Source: Pseudomonadota bacterium (GTDB lineage Bacteria; Pseudomonadota; Gammaproteobacteria; JAKAQQ01). Taken from it: a stretch of DNA of 64,000 bases. The stretch spans positions 1 to 64,000 of the forward strand of contig DAHVLZ010000038.1 of NCBI GenBank assembly GCA_027320085.1, in the 5' to 3' direction. Below, piece after piece: positions 38,762 to 48,422 of this stretch. The stretch's first letter is position 1. Every line of letters begins with the position of its first letter. Below the pieces are notes generated by a model that had not been told where the DNA came from, ran no database searches, and was given only the letters and a program-made list of their open reading frames with translations. Both the position numbers and the translations under genes were made by a program.

Positions 38762-40504
38762 TCAGAGTTCACCACGAATCGCTGCGAGTTGGTTCTTCAG
38801 CGCTGCGGGCACACGGGGTGAATATGCGGACAGGAAGTTTCCAAGATCATCGTATTCCCGTTTCCACGCCTCAGTATCAACCAAAAACATTTGTTGAAGT
38901 GCCTCGGGTGGAACACCGAGGTTTTCGAGGTTCAGGTCACGCTCATATTCCGGGAGGTAACCGACCGGTGTTTCACGAGCCGATACCGTGCCCTTGCACC
39001 TCTCCAGAATCCACTGGATGACCCGGAGGTTCTCCCCATAGCCGGGCCAGAGGTAGTGGCCGTCGCGATCCTGCCGGAACCAGTTCACATGAAAAATGCG
39101 GGGCAGCCGGGTTGCCCGGTCCTGCATGCCGAGCCAATGTGCCCAGTAATCACCAAAGTGATAACCACAGAAAGGCAGCATGGCCATGGGATCCCGGCGT
39201 ACGACCCCCGTCTTACCACTTGCTGCTGCTGTCGTTTCCGAAGCCAGTCCGCAGCCCATGAGTACCCCATGAGTCCAGTTTTTTGATTCAAGAACCAGTG
39301 GAACAAGCTGGGGCCGCCGCCCTCCAAAAAGAATGGCACTGATCGGTACTCCTTGGGGATCTTCACTGTGAGGTGACCAGGCCGGGTTGAGCTGGGAGCG
39401 GGTGGTGAAACGCGAATTGGGATGGGCGGCAGGTCCATTGGCAGCCTCATAGGGACGACCCTGCCAGTCGACGACCGGTTGACCGTGAGGCAGACCTTCC
39501 CACCAAGGCTCATTGTCGGCAGTAACGGCGACGTTGGTATAAAGGGTCTGACGGTGGATCATCTGATACGCGTTTGGGTTTGTTTTTGCATTGGTTCCGG
39601 GAACCACCCCGAAGTATCCTGCTTCTGGATTGATGGCCCAGAGCCGTCCATCGGCTCCGATGTGCAACCAGGCAATGTCGTCGCCGACGGTCCAGACTTT
39701 CCAGCCGCGAAAAGTTCCGGGGGGAACCAGCATGGAGAGGTTGGTTTTTCCACAGGCCGAAGGAAATGCCGCTGCCAAGTAGTGGGTTTCGCCTTCCGGA
39801 GACTGGACTCCGACGATCAGCATATGTTCCGCCATCCAGCCTTCCTGACGCGCTTGCCAACTTGCGATCCGGAGTGAGTGGCATTTCTTGCTGAGCAGTG
39901 CGTTTCCCCCATAGCCGGAGCCAATACTCTGAATCAATTTTTCTTCGGGAAAATGCAAGATGTACCGTTGTTCGGGATTCAAATTGCCAACCGAGTGTTC
40001 GCCCCGCACAAAATTTTCACCGGCACGGATTCGTTTCAGAATCACGGGATCCATCCGCGTCATGAGGCGCATGTTGGCGACCACATAGGGACTATCCGTG
40101 ATTTCTACACCAAGCTGTGACCAGGGAGACTGGAGCGGACCCATGCAATAAGGAATGACGTAGAGCGTGCGGCCTTTCATGCAGCCGGAAAAAAGCGTAT
40201 CAAAGCGTTGATGCGCCTCTTGGGGTGCCATCCAGCGGTTGTTGGGTCCGGCTTCCTCCTGGCGAGGGGTGCAAATGTAGGTCAGGTGTTCCACCCGGGC
40301 GACGTCGTCCGGATGGGAACGGTGCAGGTAGCACTCGGGAAAAGTTTCCTGATTCAGGGTGTGTAGATGCCCGGTTTTCAACATCTCCTGTTTTAGACCT
40401 TCCCATTCCAGATCCGAGCCATCACACCACTGAATTCGTTCGGGCTGGGCTTTTTGGGCGGTTCGTTCGACCCAGTCTGAAAGATATTCAAATGAATCAG
40501 GCAT
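38762..40504 (-). CDS. pckG: Phosphoenolpyruvate carboxykinase (GTP)
   Basis: GSGYGGNAL, AAFPSACGKTNL, VGDDIAW, HPNSRF, NWFR. Confidence 0.96.
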   Translation of the reverse strand: MPDSFEYLSDWVERTAQKAQPERIQWCDGSDLEWEGLKQEMLKTGHLHTLNQETFPECYLHRSHPDDVARVEHLTYICTPRQEEAGPNNRWMAPQEAHQRFDTLFSGCMKGRTLYVIPYCMGPLQSPWSQLGVEITDSPYVVANMRLMTRMDPVILKRIRAGENFVRGEHSVGNLNPEQRYILHFPEEKLIQSIGSGYGGNALLSKKCHSLRIASWQARQEGWMAEHMLIVGVQSPEGETHYLAAAFPSACGKTNLSMLVPPGTFRGWKVWTVGDDIAWLHIGADGRLWAINPEAGYFGVVPGTNAKTNPNAYQMIHRQTLYTNVAVTADNEPWWEGLPHGQPVVDWQGRPYEAANGPAAHPNSRFTTRSQLNPAWSPHSEDPQGVPISAILFGGRRPQLVPLVLESKNWTHGVLMGCGLASETTAAASGKTGVVRRDPMAMLPFCGYHFGDYWAHWLGMQDRATRLPRIFHVNWFRQDRDGHYLWPGYGENLRVIQWILERCKGTVSARETPVGYLPEYERDLNLENLGVPPEALQQMFLVDTEAWKREYDDLGNFLSAYSPRVPAALKNQLAAIRGEL

Positions 40505-40701
40505 GACTTACACTCCAGAATGGGTCCAGCCGTTGTTGACGTGCCGGACAATGGCGAACGGTTCCCCCCGAAACCGAACCGCTAGACGGGGGGTGGGGAA
40601 CCTTAATTTTAGCGGATCAAACGGCGGAATGTCTGGGAGCGCAAGGGACGGGCTTGAGGGAACTGTCTGATACCATGGGGCACGTTTGATTGGGGGGGTT
40701 C

Positions 40702-42600
40702 ATGCAAGTCGCGGATTATCTGGGTCCGGATGGACTCTTGTCAGCGGCACTTGATGATTTTCAATACCGGGAAAGTCAGTGCCGACTTGCGGAAAAGGTT
40801 CTGGAAACAGTCAGGACCGGAAGCGTTCTCTTGGCCGAGGCGGGTCCGGGGGTGGGGAAGACCTACGCGTATCTGGTGCCATTGCTGGCGGCAGGGATCC
40901 GGAGTGTCATTTCTACTGGGACCATTGCTCTGCAGGACCAGCTCTTCGAACGGGACATTCCGAGACTCGGACGGATTTTCGGACGACCCATCCGCATGGC
41001 TGTCCTCAAGGGCCGAAGCAACTATCTATGCCTGAAACGGCAGGAAGACCTGTGGTCACACGCAGACGATTTGGACTCACAGGAGCGAACCCGGATGGAG
41101 GGGTTGCGGCAATGGGCTGCAACGACGGTATCGGGTGATCTCTCGGAATGTACGTTCCTCACAGACCATGCTTGGGAACGCAGTCGTCTGACTTCAACGG
41201 TGGATAGTTGCGATGGCCGGAATTGCGCATTTTACGAGCGATGCTTTCTCGTTGAGGCTCGTCGACGGGCCAACGAGGCAGACCTCGTCATCACAAATCA
41301 TCATCTGCTCCTTTCCGACTGGCTGCTCAAGCAGGATGGTTTTTCCTCACTCCTGCCGGAGGTGGAGGCTTTTGTTTTGGATGAGGCACATCTGATTCCC
41401 GACCTTGCGGTCCAGATGTTTTCCGAGTCGGTCAGTCAATCGGAGCTGCAGATTTTGTTGAATCATCCCGTCTTCGTGGCTTTTCGGAGTATGGGTGGAC
41501 ATGCAGGGACCGGGTCGGATGATCGCTTCGATCAGGCTTGGTCCTGTTTGCTTGAGCAGGGTCGGGCCGAGAGACTCTGGGGTTATAGTGAATGGCCGGA
41601 TGACCTGCAGGATAGTCTTTTGACGATCTCTGAAGCCCTGCAGAAATGGATGTCGTGTCTGGGTACGGATGAGATAAAAGCAGAAGAGCGTCGTCGGTTT
41701 CTGCGGGTTGAAAGTATCATGAAACGAATTACCCGTTCTCCTTCCCCCAAAGAAACCCGTGAATCGATGTGGTTTGAGGGTTCGCCCAAGGGATTTTCAT
41801 TCCTGATTGAACCACGGAACCCGGGTGAACGCTTGGCGCAGCTGCTGGATCAAATGAATGCTGCGTGGATTTTGTTGTCAGCGTCTCTCACGGTTGCCGG
41901 GGATTTTTCCTATTTTCGTTCCCGACTGGGTCTTTCGCCGGCGTCTGAGATCCAAGTCTCGAGCCCCTATGACCACCTTCAACAAGCCATGCTGTTTCTG
42001 CCCCCAAACCTTCCGCCTGTCGATGAACCTGATTACTATCCGAAATTCTTTCAACTCGCCCTTTCGCTGATCGAAGCGAATCCAGGCGGTACTTTCTTCC
42101 TGTTTACGAGTCACCGGGCGCTTTCGATTGCACGCGAGTGGTTCAGCCAGATGCATGTCGATCGTCCTGTTTTCAGACAGGGTGATGCGCCCAAGTACCG
42201 CCTTCTTGAACGCTTTCAGGAGGAGGCTCCAGCGCTTCTCCTGGGAAGCATGAGCTTCTGGGAAGGTGTAGATGTGAAGGGGCCGGCTCTTTCCCTGATT
42301 TTGATTGATCGACTACCCTTTGCATCACCCGCCGATCCGCCCGTGCATCGGCGGATCCGGAGTATTCGGGAGGAGGGGGGTGAGCCTTTCCAAGAGTACC
42401 AGCTGCCCAAGGCGATTTTAACCCTGCGACAGGGTGTCGGACGTCTCTTGCGGCATGAGAATGATTTTGGGGCAGTCGTGATTGGTGACCACCGGTTGCG
42501 GGGGAAAAACTATGGTCCCCTTTTTTTAGCCAGCCTCCCCCCCATGCAAATGGCGAGGGATTCTGCCGATGTCGTCAATTTCCTGCAATCTCATGGCTAA
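40702..42600 (+). CDS. yoaA: DinG-family ATP-dependent DNA helicase (YoaA-like)
   Basis: EAGPGVGKT, KGRSNYLC, Fe-S cysteines, DEAH, SFWEGVD, QGVGRL. Confidence 0.9.
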   Translation: MQVADYLGPDGLLSAALDDFQYRESQCRLAEKVLETVRTGSVLLAEAGPGVGKTYAYLVPLLAAGIRSVISTGTIALQDQLFERDIPRLGRIFGRPIRMAVLKGRSNYLCLKRQEDLWSHADDLDSQERTRMEGLRQWAATTVSGDLSECTFLTDHAWERSRLTSTVDSCDGRNCAFYERCFLVEARRRANEADLVITNHHLLLSDWLLKQDGFSSLLPEVEAFVLDEAHLIPDLAVQMFSESVSQSELQILLNHPVFVAFRSMGGHAGTGSDDRFDQAWSCLLEQGRAERLWGYSEWPDDLQDSLLTISEALQKWMSCLGTDEIKAEERRRFLRVESIMKRITRSPSPKETRESMWFEGSPKGFSFLIEPRNPGERLAQLLDQMNAAWILLSASLTVAGDFSYFRSRLGLSPASEIQVSSPYDHLQQAMLFLPPNLPPVDEPDYYPKFFQLALSLIEANPGGTFFLFTSHRALSIAREWFSQMHVDRPVFRQGDAPKYRLLERFQEEAPALLLGSMSFWEGVDVKGPALSLILIDRLPFASPADPPVHRRIRSIREEGGEPFQEYQLPKAILTLRQGVGRLLRHENDFGAVVIGDHRLRGKNYGPLFLASLPPMQMARDSADVVNFLQSHG

Positions 42601-43240
42601 GTGGTTGTTTCTGGATTGTTCGCTGGAAACGGCTGTTGCCGCAGTTGGCGATGGCGAATCGGTAGTCGCTCGGCGACAGTGGGCCAGTCGCCGTGCTGCT
42701 GAAACCACGACTTTGGAGATCGACCAGCTGCTTTCCGAAGCAAGCCTCCAACCCCGCGACTTGGAGGGTCTCGCTTGGGCTTCGGGACCGGGTAGTTTTA
42801 CAGGACTCAAAGTCGCGGCAGCCACCATACAAGCACTGGCGTGGATATGGCGGAAGCCGGTGGCCTCGATCCCCCATCTGGCCGCTCTGGCCTATTCCTT
42901 AAGGGAGCGTCAGCCGGTTTCCATTCTGGCTTGCCGTAAGGCCCAATCGGGGTTGGTTTTTTGGTGCCCCTACACGGTTCGGGAGGGGCAGTGGCCAGAG
43001 GGCAGGATACGGGTTACATCACCCCGTGAGATCGAGTTGCCGCCCGGACGTTGGAGGGGGGTGGGGGATGATCCCCGGACGCTGAATCAACCCAATCTCG
43101 AGAAGCATCTCCGTGACTGGGCCCACGAACCCGGGTCGCCGGTTGTGCCCTCCTTGGCCCTGGCCGAGCTTGCGAGGAAAGAGGAACGCCTGGAGCGGCC
43201 GGAGGAGGTGCAGCCCCTTTATGTGGGTCAGTTGGGCTGA
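42593..43240 (+). CDS. tsaB: tRNA threonylcarbamoyladenosine biosynthesis protein TsaB
   Basis: GPGSFTGLK, terminal PLYV; yoaA-tsaB synteny. Confidence 0.88.
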   Translation: MAKWLFLDCSLETAVAAVGDGESVVARRQWASRRAAETTTLEIDQLLSEASLQPRDLEGLAWASGPGSFTGLKVAAATIQALAWIWRKPVASIPHLAALAYSLRERQPVSILACRKAQSGLVFWCPYTVREGQWPEGRIRVTSPREIELPPGRWRGVGDDPRTLNQPNLEKHLRDWAHEPGSPVVPSLALAELARKEERLERPEEVQPLYVGQLG

Positions 43241-43245
43241 CCGGT

Positions 43246-43263
43246 CTGACACAGATTTGACAC
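43246..43263. promoter_or_regulatory. Pho-box-like direct repeat upstream of phoB
   Basis: TGACAC at 43247 and 43258 (11-bp period); reverse complement GTGTCAAATCTGTGTCAG. Confidence 0.45.
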
Positions 43264-43306
43264 GTCTTTCGTATATCATTGAAAAATCGGTGCTCACAGG
43301 TTTTCG

Positions 43307-44020
43307 ATGGAAAGCGGGCAAGTCCAAATCTTGCTGGTTGACGACGATTCCGGGGTCCGGGAGATGCTGGCCTTTGCCCTGAGGAAAGCAGGGTTTTCCG
43401 TGACCCTGGCCTCCCGGGTGACGGAAGCCCAGGCTGCGCTTGCAACTGGAGTTCCGGATCTCGTGCTGTTGGACTGGATGATGCCATCCGTGAGTGGTAT
43501 CGAGTATGCCCGGGCTTTACGTCGGGATCCAGTGACACGGAAGGTGCCCGTCATATTCCTCACGGCTCGAAACGAGGAGGAGGATAAGTTGCATGGATTT
43601 GACAGCGGTGCCGACGATTTTGTCACCAAGCCGTTTTCGACCAAGGAACTGATCGCCCGGATCCACGCGGTTCTGAGGCGCAGCCAGATCATCCACGATA
43701 AGGAGGGCACGCTACAGTTTGGAAAGCTTCTGCTGAATACGCAGACCTGTGATGTTCTTTATGACAATCACCCCGTTCTCTTGGGACCGACCGAGTTTCG
43801 GCTGCTGAAATTTTTCATGGCCCATCCCCGGCAGGTCCATAGCCGGTCGCGGATCTTGGATCATCTCTGGGGTGTGGGTCAGCCCATTGATGGACGCACG
43901 GTGGATGTTTATGTCGGGCGTCTGAGGAAGGCGTTGGAGCCGTTCGGTCTGGACTCATGGATCGAAACCCGGCGGGGAACGGGGTATCTTTTTACGGAAA
44001 AACCGGGTCCGGTTTCCTAG
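43307..44020 (+). CDS. phoB: Phosphate regulon response regulator PhoB
   Basis: LLDWMMP, GADDFVTKPFS, GPTEFRLLKFFM.HP, RTVDVYV.RLRK. Confidence 0.92.
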   Translation: MESGQVQILLVDDDSGVREMLAFALRKAGFSVTLASRVTEAQAALATGVPDLVLLDWMMPSVSGIEYARALRRDPVTRKVPVIFLTARNEEEDKLHGFDSGADDFVTKPFSTKELIARIHAVLRRSQIIHDKEGTLQFGKLLLNTQTCDVLYDNHPVLLGPTEFRLLKFFMAHPRQVHSRSRILDHLWGVGQPIDGRTVDVYVGRLRKALEPFGLDSWIETRRGTGYLFTEKPGPVS

Positions 44021-44027
44021 GTGTCGG

Positions 44028-45401
44028 ATGAAGCTCAAGATCTGGATTCGCGAATTCTTGTGGATCGTGGCAGGAGTGGTGTTCACCGGCCTTTTGGCAC
44101 TCCTGTGGGGACACTGGGTCTACTGGACTCTCGGGCTCTGTTTGTGGTTGCTGTTTCGCTTGTATTGGCAAATGGGTCGCTGGCTCGTCTGGCTGAACCA
44201 TCCGCAGCGGGAAATCCCAGAGGGAGGAGGGATCTGGAGGGAAGTGGCACATGCCGTTCGGTGGCGGATCCGGGGGATGCGACTCAACCGGGATGGGGAA
44301 GAACGGAAATACCCGGAGTTGATCCGCTCGCTTGGACCTTGTTCGGACGGGGTGTTGCTGCTGGATCAGCAGCGTCGCCTGGTTTCCTTCAATGAAAAGG
44401 CAGCCGCCCTGCTGGGACTGCGTATCCCGCATGATTATGGTCAATTCATCGGGCATTTCATCCGCTATCCCACTTTTCTGACTTTGCTGGCGCAGATGGA
44501 TTTGCCTGGCACGATTGAAGTCCCATCGCCCATGGATGAGGAGGTAGTCCTTCAGATTGCGGTTTCTGATCACGATGGTGAAACTTTGATGTGGGTCAGG
44601 GATGTCACGGTCCGGAAGCAGGAGGAACAGCGTGGATTTGATTTCTTGGCAAATGCGTCTCATGAACTCAAGACGCCTCTCACGGTTTTGAGCGGGTATC
44701 TTGAAGCGCTGCTTGAGGACACAGAGAACAATGTGGAATCGAGAAAGGTCCTTCTGGACATGCAAAGGGAAACCGAGCGTATGAAAAGGCTCGTGACGGG
44801 CTTTATGGAACTCATGCGCCTGAACCCTGAGGAGCGGCATGGGTTTGAAGAGAAGGTCCGCGTCCAGTCGCTGATTCCTCTTTTGAGGCAAAGGGTCCAA
44901 AGTCTGGGTTTGGCCGGCCGGAATGTGGAGTTCCAGGTGTCCAGCGAACCGGCTGTTCTTTTAGGATCTGAAACCGAGTTGTTGAGTGCCTTCTGGAACC
45001 TCATTGAAAATGCAATTAAATTTTCCGCTCCAGAGGGGCATGTTGTGGTGACGTGGAAATCCGACGGGGGGGATGGGGGATGTTTGAGCGTCGAGGACAA
45101 TGGGGTGGGTATCCCTATGCATCTGCAGGGCCGGATTACCGACCGCTTTTTCCGCATCATGTCGCACAAAGAGGATGGGCCGGCCGGATTTGGCTTAGGT
45201 CTTGCCATCGTTCGACAGATCCTTGACCGCCATGGCGCCAGATTGGCGGTGGAAAGCACGCCGGGAGAAGGTAGCCGCTTCAGTTGCCTATTCCCAGCGG
45301 ATCGGGTAGCAAGGGACGTGACGGAGGAGGCTCAAGACCTGTTGACCAAGACCCCTGATCCATCCCCGTTGCCCATGGACAATCGGCGGCCACATCCGTG
45401 A
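44028..45401 (+). CDS. phoR: Phosphate regulon sensor kinase PhoR
   Basis: N-terminal TMs, PAS region, ANASHELKTPLTV, NLIENAIK, GLGLAIV. Confidence 0.92.
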   Translation: MKLKIWIREFLWIVAGVVFTGLLALLWGHWVYWTLGLCLWLLFRLYWQMGRWLVWLNHPQREIPEGGGIWREVAHAVRWRIRGMRLNRDGEERKYPELIRSLGPCSDGVLLLDQQRRLVSFNEKAAALLGLRIPHDYGQFIGHFIRYPTFLTLLAQMDLPGTIEVPSPMDEEVVLQIAVSDHDGETLMWVRDVTVRKQEEQRGFDFLANASHELKTPLTVLSGYLEALLEDTENNVESRKVLLDMQRETERMKRLVTGFMELMRLNPEERHGFEEKVRVQSLIPLLRQRVQSLGLAGRNVEFQVSSEPAVLLGSETELLSAFWNLIENAIKFSAPEGHVVVTWKSDGGDGGCLSVEDNGVGIPMHLQGRITDRFFRIMSHKEDGPAGFGLGLAIVRQILDRHGARLAVESTPGEGSRFSCLFPADRVARDVTEEAQDLLTKTPDPSPLPMDNRRPHP

Positions 45402-45488
45402 ATTGCCGAACTTCGCCCGCCGCGTGTTATGATCCTCTCTGCCGTCAGGGAGCCTGTCGGGGTCCCGGTTTCGTGAAAGTCTCGAGAG

Positions 45489-46337
45489 ATGATGACTGAC
45501 CAAACAACCGTTCCAGATTCTGAGGAAACCGGCACTCCGGAACGGGAAAGCTCGTCTTCTTTAGGTGATTCAACCCCCCGTTCTACGGCATCCCTGGTTG
45601 TCGAGCGGGCACGAGACAGGCACCAGGTACGCGAGGCGCAAAGATTGCGCTGGATCGTTTTTGCGGAAGAGCAAGGTGCCCGGATCCTGACGCCCGAATC
45701 GGGTTACGATATCGATCCGCTGGATGATTTCTGCCATCACATCCTGGTTCGCGATACCCGCACGGGGCACGTCGTGGCGTGTACCCGTATCCTTTATCAA
45801 GCGGATGCCGATCGTGCTGGCGGCTTTTACTCTGAAAGTGAGTTTGACCTGACGGCGATCCGTCTGGCTCCGGGTCAGACCATGGAAATGGGACGAACCT
45901 GCGTGCACCCGGACTATCGGAAGACAGTGACGATCAGTCTGCTGTGGACCGGGATTGCCCAGTACACGGCGTTCAGGGATTATGCGCGGATTATTGGTTG
46001 TGCCAGCATTCCCATGGGTCAGGATCGTGGCGCGGGTGCCCTTGCCGTCTACCATGACCTCATGGCGCGCTGCCCGTCTCCCGGCAACCTCCGTGTGGTT
46101 CCCAAACACCCGCTGCCGGAAGGATTGGCACCGGCCGGCGAGCCCAAGGCACCGTCTTTGCTGATGGCATATGTTCGTTATGGAGCGGTGGTCTGTGGCC
46201 CGCCCTGTTGGGATCCGGGATTTGATACCGCGGATTTACTCATGATGCTTCCGGCAGAAAATGTGGGACCTCGTTACCTGAGACGCTTTGTGGAGCGGAA
46301 GCGGGATGTCTCAGATCGCAACCCACCCCATGCCTAG
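45489..46337 (+). CDS. olsB: GNAT N-acyltransferase, OlsB-like (ornithine lipid synthesis)
   Basis: EAQRLRWIVFAEE, GFYSESEFDL, EMGRTCVHPDYR, GPPCWDPGFDTAD. Confidence 0.85.
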   Translation: MMTDQTTVPDSEETGTPERESSSSLGDSTPRSTASLVVERARDRHQVREAQRLRWIVFAEEQGARILTPESGYDIDPLDDFCHHILVRDTRTGHVVACTRILYQADADRAGGFYSESEFDLTAIRLAPGQTMEMGRTCVHPDYRKTVTISLLWTGIAQYTAFRDYARIIGCASIPMGQDRGAGALAVYHDLMARCPSPGNLRVVPKHPLPEGLAPAGEPKAPSLLMAYVRYGAVVCGPPCWDPGFDTADLLMMLPAENVGPRYLRRFVERKRDVSDRNPPHA

Positions 46338-47178
46338 TCTGATTCACGGTTTCTACCGATCCCTCGTCCGTTTACTGCGTCTGGCCGGACTTGCCGTATG
46401 GATCCTGGTGGGGGTCTTGGTGGCCGGTTTTGTCAGTCTGATAAAGCCGTGGGATCGCTTCCGGCGGAGGATGCGGGTCCGGTGTTCCGATTTCTGGCTT
46501 TCGGGCGCCCTTTTTTTGATCGGCGTTCGGGTTCAGGTGGCGGGAAAGCCCTGTCCGGGAGCTGTGCTTTTTGCCTGTAATCACGTCAGCTGGCTCGACA
46601 TTCTCGTGCTGGCGTCGGCCTGCCGGGCACGTTTTGTCTCCAAGGCTGAGGTTGGGCATTGGCCCCTGCTCGGTTGGTTTGCCCGTGAGGGCGGGACCCT
46701 GTTCATCCGCCGCGGTGATGGAGCCAGTTTTGAGGCTGTGGTGGAGCTCATGAAAAGTGAGCTCTCTCAAGGGGAACGTCTGATCTTTTTCCCGGAGGGG
46801 ACAACGGGTAATGGGCAGATTCTAAGACGCTTCCGGTCCCGGTTGTTTGCTGCCGCATCTTCTCCGGGGGCAAGCGTTCAACCTGTAGGCTTACGTTACC
46901 GGGGATCTCCTGAGGTGCGTGAGCGAGTCCCGTTTCTGGGTGAAGCCACGATCCTTGAAAACCTCTGGAGTATCCTGGCCCTGCCCATGATCCAGGCTGA
47001 GGCTTGCTTTTTCGACCCGATGCAGATTTCTTCCCCTAGTCCAACGCCTCGTCAGATGGCCTTGTCCTGTGAAAGCCAGATCGGACAATGGCTGACCGGC
47101 TCCGAGGAGACGGTCACCGAGGGTCCTCGCACTGAGCTCACTTCGCAGGTCACGGATGGCTGGCATGCCAGGGGTTGA
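46330..47178 (+). CDS. olsA: Lysophospholipid acyltransferase, OlsA-like
   Basis: NHVSWLD, FVSKAEV..WP, FFPEGTT; directly after olsB. Confidence 0.8.
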   Translation: MPSLIHGFYRSLVRLLRLAGLAVWILVGVLVAGFVSLIKPWDRFRRRMRVRCSDFWLSGALFLIGVRVQVAGKPCPGAVLFACNHVSWLDILVLASACRARFVSKAEVGHWPLLGWFAREGGTLFIRRGDGASFEAVVELMKSELSQGERLIFFPEGTTGNGQILRRFRSRLFAAASSPGASVQPVGLRYRGSPEVRERVPFLGEATILENLWSILALPMIQAEACFFDPMQISSPSPTPRQMALSCESQIGQWLTGSEETVTEGPRTELTSQVTDGWHARG

Positions 47179-47188
47179 GGAGTAGTTG

Positions 47189-47911
47189 ATGGAACGCTTC
47201 CTGACCGGGGACCATATTTCTCAGGAATTTAATTCCGAGCTGGGGGGCTTGCGTCGCCAGTTACTGGCGATGGGTGGCATGGTGGAGCAGCAAATCAGTG
47301 ATGCACTCAAGGCCCTGCGCGATGGTGACAGTGCGCTCGCTGAGAAGCTGGATGCTTCAGATCGGGAAATTAACCGGATTGAGATTGCGTTGGATGAAGC
47401 GGGGAGCCATATTCTGGCCAGGCGCCAGCCTGCGGCCAGTGATTTGCGACTGATTTTGGCCATCCTCAAGGCCAGCACCGACCTGGAACGTGCAGGAGAT
47501 GAAGCTTCGAAAATCGGCAGGCTTTTCCTGCTGATGCCGGTCCAGGACCGTGATCCTGCCAACTTCCACGAGTTGATTCGCCTCGGGGAGGCCGCACGCG
47601 GGCTTCTTCATGGTGCGCTTGATGCCTTTGCCCGCGTGGATGCGAATGCGGCCGTCAGCATTCTCCGGGAGGATTACCGGATAGACCGGGATTATGAAAG
47701 CTTTATCCGGCAATCGATTACCTACATGATGGAAGATCCGCGGACTATCCGGAGGGTTTTTAGTTGTATTACCATCGGTCGTTCCATGGAGCGGATCGGC
47801 GATCACGCCAAAAACCTGTGCGAGTATGTCGTCTATTTGGCTTCGGGGAAGGATGTGCGGCATGTTCGTCTTGACGAGATTGAAGAACTGGTTGGACCGA
47901 GGGCCGAATAA
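47189..47911 (+). CDS. phoU: Phosphate signalling protein PhoU
   Basis: ARRQPAASDLR, DLERAGD, ERIGDHAKNLCEYV. Confidence 0.96.
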   Translation: MERFLTGDHISQEFNSELGGLRRQLLAMGGMVEQQISDALKALRDGDSALAEKLDASDREINRIEIALDEAGSHILARRQPAASDLRLILAILKASTDLERAGDEASKIGRLFLLMPVQDRDPANFHELIRLGEAARGLLHGALDAFARVDANAAVSILREDYRIDRDYESFIRQSITYMMEDPRTIRRVFSCITIGRSMERIGDHAKNLCEYVVYLASGKDVRHVRLDEIEELVGPRAE

Positions 47912-47912
47912 A

Positions 47913-48410
47913 GTGAGACGACTGTTTAATCTCCTGGGGTTTCTGGCCTGCGTGTTTCTTCTGGGATACGCGTACTACCTCCAGTACGTGATGGGCTTGC
48001 AGCCTTGTCCGCTCTGTATCTTCCAACGGATTTTCATGGGGCTTTTGGGATTTGTCTTTCTCATGGCGACCCTGCACCGGAGTGGTCGTTTGGGGAGTCG
48101 GGTATATGGGTTGTTGCTGCTCATTTGCGGCTTCTTCGGTGCTGCAGTCTCCATGCGGCAGATTTGGTTGCAATATTTCACGACCCGGACGCCGACCTCT
48201 TGTGCGGCAGGCCTTGGATGGATGTTTCGCCACCTGCCGCCCATAGAAGCTCTCCGCCTGACTCTGGCAGGGAGTGGCGATTGTGCGCGGATTGATTGGA
48301 CCTTCCTGGGACTCAGCATGCCAGTCTGGGTTCTGGCCTGCTTTGTGCTTTTGGCCAGCTTCGGTGCTTGGATCAACTTTAAGGCGGGACGGAGGAAGCC
48401 CGTCCGCTAG
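47913..48410 (+). CDS. dsbB: Disulfide bond formation protein B
   Basis: LQPCPLCIFQR, second Cys pair, four TMs. Confidence 0.93.
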   Translation: MRRLFNLLGFLACVFLLGYAYYLQYVMGLQPCPLCIFQRIFMGLLGFVFLMATLHRSGRLGSRVYGLLLLICGFFGAAVSMRQIWLQYFTTRTPTSCAAGLGWMFRHLPPIEALRLTLAGSGDCARIDWTFLGLSMPVWVLACFVLLASFGAWINFKAGRRKPVR

Positions 48411-48422
48411 TGGGGTTGGCGG

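Noticed and set aside
43992-44900. 302-aa minus-strand ORF
   Set aside because: Antisense to phoR; shadow ORF.
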